A stretch of DNA of 13,347 bases. Origin: Candidatus Krumholzibacteriia bacterium. Lineage in GTDB: Bacteria > Krumholzibacteriota > Krumholzibacteriia > LZORAL124-64-63. Shown here piece by piece: positions 6,969-13,347 of the stretch. The translations under genes were made by a program, and so were the position numbers. The stretch is taken from positions 1 through 13,347 of the forward strand of contig JAWOID010000056.1 of assembly GCA_046484865.1 (NCBI GenBank), given 5' to 3'. The notes below the pieces were generated by a model. That model saw only the letters and a list, made by a program, of their open reading frames with translations. It did no database searches and was not told the origin of the DNA. The number at the start of each line of letters is the position of its first letter. Position 1 is the stretch's first letter.

Positions 6969-8324
6969 CTACGAGTCGGCCGCCACCTCGCGCCAGGACA
7001 GCACGTGCATGGTGCTGCTGCCGCCCGTTCCCCAGTCGGTGCCCAGATACTCGGGCAGGCTCAGCTGGAAGTCCGGGTCGAAGTGCAGGTCGGGACCGCC
7101 CGTGGTGGGGTCGGTCGGATCGCCCCAGCTGCCCAGCACGATGATGCTGCCCCAGATCTCCCCGTTCGCGTTCAGGTCCACCACGTCGCCGGTCACGTAG
7201 GTGAGGCTCGGCCACTCGTCCGTGCCCATGGAGCAGCCGGACATGCCCTCGGTCATGAAGTCGTGGACCAGCAGCCCCAGACCATTGATCGGCTCCATGT
7301 CCATCAGCTTGATCGTTGTCAGGCCGCCCTCCCAGCTCGTGGACTCGAGCGGGGCGGCGGGGTTCCAGCAGCGGGTGTTGATGATGGTCGAGCGCATGAT
7401 GTACGCGCCCTGCGCCTTGAAGTCGACGCTGCTGACCGCGGTGGGGTCGAGCGTCGCCGACGGCACCGGCGGCTCGCCGAAGTTCACGATCACGGTGGCG
7501 TCGCCGCCCACCCGGTTGAAGATCCCCGAGTCCACGTCGAAGTAATGCCGCAGCACCGCCGGATCGAGGAACCCGTAGTAAAAGTTGGTGCCGTCCGGTG
7601 CGATCACGCTGTCGAGACTGTCGCCCTTCGCCGTGGTCACGTCGACATAGTTGCCGCTGCCGGGATCCCACCACTCCACCCGCGCGTGCAGGTTTCCGCC
7701 GGGGTCGCAGGCGCGCACCCGGTAGTACGTGGCGCCCGGGTAATAGATCGGATCGGTCTGCGCCACCGGCGGCAGCAGCGTGAATCCACTGGTGTACGAG
7801 CCCTCCCTGAGGTGGACGTCGTCCCGACCGAAGTCGGCCACGTCGTTGATGTGCGACGCGCCGCCGTAGATGTTCATGTTCCCCTGGACGGTCATGGTGC
7901 CGCAGACCAGGAACATGAGGCCGTAGGCGGTCAGCGGCAGCGCGGAGTACACCTCGATGTTGCGCGTGGCCCGGCCCACGGTGCCGCTGGCGAGCAGACG
8001 CACGGTCTGGTCGTGCGTCACGCCCAGCGGATCGGTGTACGGGATCCGCTCCACGTCCAGGGTGTAGCTGCCGCGGCCGGTCGTGGTGTCGAACCCCGCG
8101 GTCCACAGCCGGTCGACCAGGAACCTGGCCCGCGCCCGCTCGATGGCGCCGTCGGCCAGGGCGAAGGCCTCGGCCGACTCCTCGCGGTAGATCGCCTGGT
8201 TGGTCTCGTGGCTGGCCATGGCGAAGAACGCCATGCCGCAAAGTCCGATGATGAAGGTGAACACGACCACCGTCATGAGCGCGTAGCCGGCGTCGTCCAC
8301 CCGGGTCGATCGTGAATGGTTCAT
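6969..8324 (-). CDS. Large PilX/GspK-like minor pilin with extended C-terminal domain
   Basis: Preferred start ATG 8324 (GGAGGA just upstream), 451 aa. Prepilin-like DAG|YALMTVVV lacking Glu5, PilX-type AFALADGAIERA and VRLLASGTVG, C-terminal VLSWREV. Confidence 0.75.
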   Translation of the reverse strand: MNHSRSTRVDDAGYALMTVVVFTFIIGLCGMAFFAMASHETNQAIYREESAEAFALADGAIERARARFLVDRLWTAGFDTTTGRGSYTLDVERIPYTDPLGVTHDQTVRLLASGTVGRATRNIEVYSALPLTAYGLMFLVCGTMTVQGNMNIYGGASHINDVADFGRDDVHLREGSYTSGFTLLPPVAQTDPIYYPGATYYRVRACDPGGNLHARVEWWDPGSGNYVDVTTAKGDSLDSVIAPDGTNFYYGFLDPAVLRHYFDVDSGIFNRVGGDATVIVNFGEPPVPSATLDPTAVSSVDFKAQGAYIMRSTIINTRCWNPAAPLESTSWEGGLTTIKLMDMEPINGLGLLVHDFMTEGMSGCSMGTDEWPSLTYVTGDVVDLNANGEIWGSIIVLGSWGDPTDPTTGGPDLHFDPDFQLSLPEYLGTDWGTGGSSTMHVLSWREVAADS

Positions 8325-8380
8325 ATCAGTTCCTCCCCCTCGTATACCCTCCACGAAGCATACACGCTTCCATCGAGAAC

Positions 8381-8413
8381 ACCACTAGAAGACCACTACA
8401 ACACCATTAGAAC
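8381..8413. repeat. Three imperfect 11-bp direct repeats
   Basis: ACCACTAGAAG / ACCACTACAAC / ACCATTAGAAC, plus a degenerate copy TCCATCGAGAAC at 8369-8380. Confidence 0.7.
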
Positions 8414-8877
8414 TCCAGCGGACGGTTGCGGATGGCGGCCCGCGTCACCGACCCCACCCGGATCTCGTCGCGATTCTCCAGCTCCAGCGTCAGGGTGACG
8501 CTCGTCGTGTCGTCGTCGGGGCGCACGTGGAAGCGCGTGCAGTTGCGCGCCACCAGGTCCGCTCCGTTCAACACGTCGCGCAGGCGGTTCTCACCGCCGA
8601 CCGTCTCGAGCCGGAAGTGGGCGATCGTGGCCCCCGTCATGTCGTAGGCGAGGAACTGGTCATCGTCCGGAACCTCGAGCCTGAAGGCGGGGCGGATCTG
8701 CCGCGCCATCCACTCCAGCGCCTCGGTGGCGTTGGCCTGCAGCTGCACCTTGTCGCGCCCCCGCTCCCACGACGACTGGTTGGTGAGGATCAGCTGGCCC
8801 ATGGCCAGCACCACCACCAGCGCCAGGAAGCTGGCGATCATCAGCTCGATGATGGTGTAGCCGGCACGCTTCTTCAT
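8407..8877 (-). CDS. Minor pilin, PilW/GspJ-like
   Basis: 156 aa; MKKRAG|YTIIELMIA class III signal with Glu5; Q.NA..ALE.M.R.IR.A helix typical of PilW/J; ends IRN. Start overlaps the upstream gene's stop. Confidence 0.8.
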   Translation of the reverse strand: MKKRAGYTIIELMIASFLALVVVLAMGQLILTNQSSWERGRDKVQLQANATEALEWMARQIRPAFRLEVPDDDQFLAYDMTGATIAHFRLETVGGENRLRDVLNGADLVARNCTRFHVRPDDDTTSVTLTLELENRDEIRVGSVTRAAIRNRPLEF

Positions 8878-9311
8878 GGCGCCACCGGCAGGGCCCTGCC
8901 CAGGATGGTCGTGGTGGTCATCTGCCGGTCGAACGTAACGCCGCTCAGCTTCCGGCTGGTCCAGGTCACCGTCAGTTCCAGGGTGGCGGCGTGGGGGTCG
9001 GGCGTATCGAGCGTGATGTTGTGAGCGATCTCGTACGTGCGACCGTCCACCACGTAGGTGGTGTCCGGCACCGATACGAGCGTGTCGTAGCTGTAGTCGC
9101 GCCGGATGGCGTCGATGTGCGACTGCAGCACCGCGGTGGCCTTGCGCCGCTCCTCTTCGAAATCGACCTGCGTGCGGCCGCGGGTGTAGACCTGGGTGAG
9201 GCCGAAGAAGACCACCAGCAGCAGCGACGCCGCGATGATCACCTCGAGCAGGCTGAAGCCGTCGCGGCTCGGGCCCCGCCTCGATCCCGTCGCTGCGCTC
9301 CGGTGCCTCAT
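8874..9311 (-). CDS. Minor pilin, PilV/GspI-like
   Basis: Preferred start ATG 9311, because the GTG at 9353 lies inside a strong hairpin; 145 aa. RDG|FSLLEVIIA class III signal; late V.VTW strand typical of PilV/I. Confidence 0.8.
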   Translation of the reverse strand: MRHRSAATGSRRGPSRDGFSLLEVIIAASLLLVVFFGLTQVYTRGRTQVDFEEERRKATAVLQSHIDAIRRDYSYDTLVSVPDTTYVVDGRTYEIAHNITLDTPDPHAATLELTVTWTSRKLSGVTFDRQMTTTTILGRALPVAP

Positions 9312-9335
9312 CTCGACCCTCGTTCCGCGGGTGCC

Positions 9336-9375
9336 CGCCGGAGCGGGGGCCACGGCGTGCGGCCCCCGCCCGGCG
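9336..9375 (-). terminator. Strong GC hairpin just after the pilA stop (terminator/attenuator or 3' mRNA stabiliser)
   Basis: + strand CGCCGG-A-GCGGGGGCC / 9-nt loop / GGCCCCCGC-CCGGCG: 15 bp with one bulge, 8 nt downstream of the stop. No U-tract follows on the coding strand. Confidence 0.55.
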
Positions 9376-9383
9376 AACTCGGA

Positions 9384-9827
9384 CTACATGCCGGTGACGG
9401 CCGGTTCACTTCCGGTCGAGTGGATGTTCGGTACGGTGATCACGACGGTCACCCCGGCCATTCTGTTGGTGCCCGTGGCCGTGACCTCCAGCGGCGTGAC
9501 CGTGGCGTCGGCTCCGCCGCCAGAGGTGATGGCATACGTGAAGTTATCGGTCGGCGTGGAGTCCAGAATGCCGACATTGCCCGTCAGGGAGGCCGCGTCC
9601 GGCCACAGGGGGTTGCCGGCCAAATTCTGGTGCTCCTGCGCCCAAGCCTTCGAGGCGGTGATGATCTCGCCCATACGGCCCGTGCCCTCCGAGAGGCGGG
9701 CGTTCTTGACGTACTTGCCGTACACGGGAATCGCGATCGCAGCGAGGACGCCGACGATGATGACGACGACCATCAGCTCGATCATGGTGAAGCCCTTGCG
9801 GCCGGGCTGACGACGGAACTGGTTCAT
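9384..9827 (-). CDS. pilA: Type IVa major pilin
   Basis: True start ATG 9827 after GGAGGT (the 557-aa track ORF is an out-of-frame extension through pilC). MNQFRRQPGRKG|FTMIELMVVVIIVGVLAAIAIPVY..Y; 147 aa precursor, 135 aa mature, with Gly14 and Pro22. Confidence 0.92.
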   Translation of the reverse strand: MNQFRRQPGRKGFTMIELMVVVIIVGVLAAIAIPVYGKYVKNARLSEGTGRMGEIITASKAWAQEHQNLAGNPLWPDAASLTGNVGILDSTPTDNFTYAITSGGGADATVTPLEVTATGTNRMAGVTVVITVPNIHSTGSEPAVTGM

Positions 9828-9970
9828 CTGCTTTACCTCCCGAGATGCAATCCCCACGTTCTCTGCCGGGCCTCGCTTCTGCGCGCCCGACGACTCACCG
9901 GACCTGCTTTCGATACGCAGGGCGCCCGGCCCGGACAGGCGACCCGCGCTCATCCTGAGATAGAGTGTTC

Positions 9971-11209
9971 TTACAGGTTGTAACCTCCCCGCATGATCGC
10001 GTCGCCCAGGTAGAAGATCGGCAGGAACATGGCCACCACGATGAGGCCGACCATGGCTCCCACGATCACGATCATCAAGGGTTCGAGCAGGCTGCTCAGG
10101 CCCTGCACGCTGGCTTCCACCTGCCGGTCGTAGAAGTCGCTCGTCTTCAGGAGCATCTCGTCCAGCTCGCCGCTCTCCTCGCCCGTGGCCATCATCTGCA
10201 GCACCATCTCGGGCATGGCGCCGGTGCGCCGAAAGCTCTCGGTGATGGCCGCGCCGCCCTGGATGTCCTTGCGCGCGTCGGTGATCGCCCGCTCCACCAC
10301 CGCGTTGCCGGTGGTGCCCCTGACCAGCTCCAGCGAGTCCATGATGGGCAGGCCGCTGCGCGTGAGGATGCCGAAGGTGCGCGCGAACCGGCTCATCACC
10401 GCCTTGCGGATGATCGGCCCGAACACGGGCAACCGTAGCGCGATGCTGGAGTACACGTAGCGGCCGGGGCGCGTGCGCCCCCAGCCCACCAGGACCACCA
10501 CGACCAGGCCCAGCAGAGCCAGCGTGAACACGAAGTTGTTCTGGATGGCGTTGCTGGCCCCCAGGATGAGCTGCGTGTAGGCGGGCAGCGCCACCTGCAT
10601 CTGGTCGTAGATCTCGGCGAAGGTGGGCACGATCTTGATCAGCAGGAACAGCGTGGAGATGATGGCGAAGATCAGCACGAACAGCGGGTAGCTGAGCGCG
10701 GCCTTCACCTTGTTCTGGATGGCGTCCACCTTCTCCAGGTAGACGGCGAGTTGGTCGACCACCTCGTCGAGCGTACCGGCCCGCTCGCCCGCGCGGATCA
10801 TGCTCAGGTACATGCGGTTGAAGATGGCCGGATGGGCGGCCATGGCCTCGGACAGGCTGGAGCCGCGCTCGATCCGCACGCACACGTCGGTGACCGCGCG
10901 CGAGAGGGTGCGGCTGGTGCCGTCGGCGGCGAGGCCGCGCAGGCCGCGCGTGAGCGGGATGCCGCTCTGCAGCACGGTCGAGAGCTGGCGGCTGAACAGG
11001 GCCAGGTTGCGGGTGCTCGTGCCGCCGAAGGCCATGCTGTTCAGGCTCTGCCGCCACGAACTCTGCCGTCCGGAGGCGTCCTCGCGCACGTGCGTCACCA
11101 CCAGCCCCTGTCCGTGGAGCTGGGTGACCACGTCGTCCATGGTGCCGGCGGCCAGGAATCCGGTGATCTCCTCGCCGCTCCTGCTCTTGGCCACGTAGGC
11201 GAAGTTCAT
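9971..11209 (-). CDS. pilC: PilC/GspF inner-membrane platform protein
   Basis: 412 aa; F.Y.A....G....G, FSRQLSTVLQSGIPL, YLSMIRAGERAGTLD, ALSYP, IVPTF, RFARTF..L..SG.P, TGEESGELD.ML, LLEP, AMFLPIF. Confidence 0.95.
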   Translation of the reverse strand: MNFAYVAKSRSGEEITGFLAAGTMDDVVTQLHGQGLVVTHVREDASGRQSSWRQSLNSMAFGGTSTRNLALFSRQLSTVLQSGIPLTRGLRGLAADGTSRTLSRAVTDVCVRIERGSSLSEAMAAHPAIFNRMYLSMIRAGERAGTLDEVVDQLAVYLEKVDAIQNKVKAALSYPLFVLIFAIISTLFLLIKIVPTFAEIYDQMQVALPAYTQLILGASNAIQNNFVFTLALLGLVVVVLVGWGRTRPGRYVYSSIALRLPVFGPIIRKAVMSRFARTFGILTRSGLPIMDSLELVRGTTGNAVVERAITDARKDIQGGAAITESFRRTGAMPEMVLQMMATGEESGELDEMLLKTSDFYDRQVEASVQGLSSLLEPLMIVIVGAMVGLIVVAMFLPIFYLGDAIMRGGYNL

Positions 11210-11280
11210 CTGTCTCTCCGTTGGCCGGGTCCGCTGGGGGCCCGGCTCACCTCGGCCCGATGGTCGAGTGGGGAATGAGG

Positions 11281-11334
11281 ATTATACATGCCTTCCGCCC
11301 GGTTGTCGCCTGAAAAAGCAATTAATGTAGAAAT
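11281..11334 (-). promoter_or_regulatory. Putative internal sigma70-type promoter upstream of pilC
   Basis: Minus strand GCGACA (11309-11304), 17 nt, perfect TATAAT (11286-11281), preceded by an AT-rich UP-like tract (TTTCTACATTAATTGCTTTTT) that stands out in this GC-rich DNA. Confidence 0.65.
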
Positions 11335-11337
11335 TCC

Positions 11338-13059
11338 TCATTCATCCGAAAGGCTGACGCGCAGGACCTCCTCGAGGGTGGTGGTTCCTTCCCGTGCCTT
11401 CTGGATGCCGCTCTGCCTGAGCGTGACCATGCCTTCCTGCAACGCGCGCTCGCGGATGGCGGCCGCGGGCCGGTTCTCCGCCACCATCTGCCTGAGCTGC
11501 GTGCTCATCATCATTCGCTCGATGATCGCCACCCGGCCGAGGTAGCCCCGCTTCCGGCAGGCCACGCAGCCGGTGCCCCGCTTCCAGACGATCTTGCCGT
11601 CGGGCATCAGGACGTCGGGCCCGCCCAGGGCGAGCACGGTTTCCTCGTCGGGCTCGTACTCCACCTGGCAGTACGGGCAGGTGCGGCGGACGAGCCGCTG
11701 GGCCGCCACCATCGTCATGGCGCTGGCGGCCATGAACGGCTCCACGCCCATGCTCACCAGACGGGTGGCCGTGCTGGGAGCGTCGTTGGCGTGGATGGTG
11801 CTGAACACCATATGTCCGGTGAGGGCGGCGCGCACGGCGATCTCGGCCGTGTCCTGGTCGCGGATCTCCCCCACCATGATCACGTCCGGGTCCTGGCGCA
11901 GGAAGCTGCGCAGCGCCGTGGCGAACGTGACGCTCTTGCGCGGGTTCACCTGCACCTGGTTGATGCGTCCGATCTGGTACTCGACCGGGTCCTCCACGGT
12001 GATGATGTTCAGGGTGTCGTCGCGCAGCTCGAGCAGCCCCGCGTACAGGGTGGTGCTCTTGCCGCTGCCGGTGGGCCCGCTCAGCAGGATCATCCCGTAG
12101 GGACGCCGGATGGCGTCGGCGAACGCCTTGTAATCGACCTCGCTGAAGCCCAGGTCCCGCAGCTTGTAGTTGAAGGCGGTCTTGTCCAGCAGGCGCAGCA
12201 CCAGCTTCTCGCCGTGGATGGTGGGGATGATGCTGACGCGGACGTCCACCTCGCGGCCGTTGCCGCGGTACGAGAAGCGTCCGTCCTGGGTGGCGCGCCG
12301 CTCGGCGATGTCGAGGTTGCTGAGGATCTTGATGCGGCTGACCAGGCCCATGAACACGGCGCGCGGCGGCGTGAGGGCGTTGTAGAGCATGCCGTCCACC
12401 CGGTAACGGATGTTCAGCCCCTTCTCCTGCGGCTCCACGTGGATGTCGGTGGCGCGGTCGGCCAGCGCCTGCTCGAGGATCTGGTTGACGAGCTTGACCA
12501 CCCCGGCGTCCTGCGCCGAGCGGGCGATCTCGTCCTCGTCCACGTCGTCGCTCCGCACCTGCGCGGCCTCGGTGGCCACGCTGTTCATCAGGTCGGAGAC
12601 CACGCGCGTGCCCTCGATGCGGCTGTAGTGGGAGTCGATCTGCTCGTCCAGCTCGTCCGCCGCGCCGACCAGGACTTTCAACCGGCGCCCGCGGCTGCAA
12701 GCCACACCGCGCAACTCGTCCATCGCCACGACGTCCTGGGGATCGGGCACCGCCACGGTCAGGACCTCGTCGGTCAGCTCGATCGGCAGCACGTGGTGGC
12801 GGCGGGCGGTCGTGATCGGCACCGCGTCGAGCGCCTGCGGCGTGACCGCATGCCGCGACGCGTCGAAGCACTCGAAGCCGCCCTGCATGGCAAGCGCCTT
12901 CACGAGATCCTGCGGGCTGAGATCGGTCTGCCGCATCAGGATCTCGCCCAGACGCTCCCGCGTGCGGGACTGCTCGTCGAGCCCGGTGCGCAGTTGCTGC
13001 TGGTCGATCAAACCGAGTTGGACGAGCAGGTCGCCCAGCTCGGGCACGTTGCTGGCCAT
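11338..13059 (-). CDS. pilB: PilB/GspE-family extension ATPase with N-terminal MshEN-like domain
   Basis: 573 aa; ATDIHVEP, IRYRVDG, DIAERR..QDGR, Walker A GPTGSGKST, TVEDPVEY, LRQDPDVIMVGEIRD, His box TGHMVFSTIH, AQRLVR, Zn site CPYC...CVAC, GY.GR. Confidence 0.95.
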   Translation of the reverse strand: MASNVPELGDLLVQLGLIDQQQLRTGLDEQSRTRERLGEILMRQTDLSPQDLVKALAMQGGFECFDASRHAVTPQALDAVPITTARRHHVLPIELTDEVLTVAVPDPQDVVAMDELRGVACSRGRRLKVLVGAADELDEQIDSHYSRIEGTRVVSDLMNSVATEAAQVRSDDVDEDEIARSAQDAGVVKLVNQILEQALADRATDIHVEPQEKGLNIRYRVDGMLYNALTPPRAVFMGLVSRIKILSNLDIAERRATQDGRFSYRGNGREVDVRVSIIPTIHGEKLVLRLLDKTAFNYKLRDLGFSEVDYKAFADAIRRPYGMILLSGPTGSGKSTTLYAGLLELRDDTLNIITVEDPVEYQIGRINQVQVNPRKSVTFATALRSFLRQDPDVIMVGEIRDQDTAEIAVRAALTGHMVFSTIHANDAPSTATRLVSMGVEPFMAASAMTMVAAQRLVRRTCPYCQVEYEPDEETVLALGGPDVLMPDGKIVWKRGTGCVACRKRGYLGRVAIIERMMMSTQLRQMVAENRPAAAIRERALQEGMVTLRQSGIQKAREGTTTLEEVLRVSLSDE

Positions 13060-13187
13060 GTCTCGTCGATCCCCTCAGGCCGGGACCGCTGCCCTTCGGG
13101 CGTGGCGTCCCGGCCGCCCCCCCGGATCGGGAGAGACCCGCAACGGACTCGGAAGTCCCGTTGCGGAGATGTCTCGCACTTCGAGGA
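13060..13187 (-). promoter_or_regulatory. Structured 5' leader of pilB with two strong hairpins
   Basis: Inverted repeats GGCCGGGAC (13078-13086)/GTCCCGGCC (13107-13115) and CCGCAACGG (13138-13146)/CCGTTGCGG (13158-13166), the latter extended by GAGAC/GTCTC. RBS-like GAGGGG directly follows the proximal hairpin. Confidence 0.5.
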
Positions 13188-13192
13188 GGTTC

Positions 13193-13221
13193 AGCCTACT
13201 GTTTACGGCCCCGGCAGTCCA
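13193..13221 (-). promoter_or_regulatory. Possible sigma70-type promoter for the pilB operon
   Basis: Minus strand TGGACT, 17 nt, TAGGCT (TAnnnT). An alternative TTGACC-N18-TAAACA overlaps it, and an AT-rich tract lies upstream at 13241-13258. Confidence 0.35.
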
Positions 13222-13274
13222 CAGGTCAAATGGCCGCGCGAATGTAAAGAAAACCTTAGCGACCGTCGGATTTC

Positions 13275-13298
13275 CCGGGGCCGGGGCCGGGGCCGGGG
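13275..13298 (+). repeat. (CCGGGG)4 perfect tandem repeat = (GGGGCC)3GGGG, G-quadruplex-capable
   Basis: Four G4 runs at 13277-80, 13283-86, 13289-92 and 13295-98, each separated by CC. Confidence 0.85.
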
Positions 13299-13314
13299 TT
13301 GACCGGCCGCGCGC

Positions 13315-13347
13315 CTACTCCACCTTCCTGCCCCAGCCGCGGTACGT
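13315..13347 (-). CDS. Possible 3' end of an upstream gene (...TYRGWGRKVE*)
   Basis: Ten sense codons, all ending in G/C, then TAG at 13317-13315; too short to identify. Confidence 0.3.
   Translation of the reverse strand, partial: TYRGWGRKVE

Noticed and set aside
7155..7182. DLNANGEI as an EF-hand-like calcium loop in the PilX-like protein
   Set aside because: Lacks the downstream acidic ligand and lies in a beta-repeat-like context; not supportable without a structure.
8369..8413. Repeats as a mini CRISPR array
   Set aside because: Units are 11 bp and directly adjacent, with no spacers.
9384..9791. Electrically conductive e-pilin
   Set aside because: It has F1, Y24, Y27 and W50, but only 7 F/W/Y in 135 residues (about 5%) with long aromatic-free gaps, below the density proposed for e-pili.
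9828..11057. Apparent 557-aa giant pilin or pilC-pilA frameshift fusion
   Set aside because: The extension is an off-frame read of pilC; pilA has its own GGAGGT RBS and a normal 12-aa leader at 9827, and pilC is intact.
11326..11335. AATTTCTAC on the minus strand, resembling the start of a Cas12a repeat
   Set aside because: Single copy, no complementary GTAGA arm downstream, no array or cas genes; better explained as an AT-rich promoter element.

Overview
GC-rich window filled by one co-directional minus-strand cluster for a type IVa pilus-family machine. In transcription order: pilB, pilC, major pilin pilA, three minor pilins (PilV/W/X-like, the last unusually large), pilM, pilN, pilO, a pilP-like gene, a short pilQ secretin and a pilT-like ATPase. 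These are followed by an uncharacterised two-TM membrane protein and a lipoprotein with invasin-type Ig-like (Big_1-like) repeats that runs off the left edge and is absent from the ORF track. Several core parts depart from canonical versions: the PilT has lost both His-box histidines while PilB keeps them, the PilP-like protein is TM-anchored and Cys-free, the secretin has no room for AMIN domains, PilM looks internally deleted, and the PilB MshEN motif is degenerate. No pilY1, fimU or pilD is in the window. Non-coding signals are a (GGGGCC)3GGGG G-quadruplex candidate and a two-hairpin leader upstream of pilB, an internal sigma70-type promoter before pilC, a strong hairpin after pilA, and 11-bp-period direct repeats before the PilX-like gene. 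All family calls are by-eye motif recognition; no searches were run.
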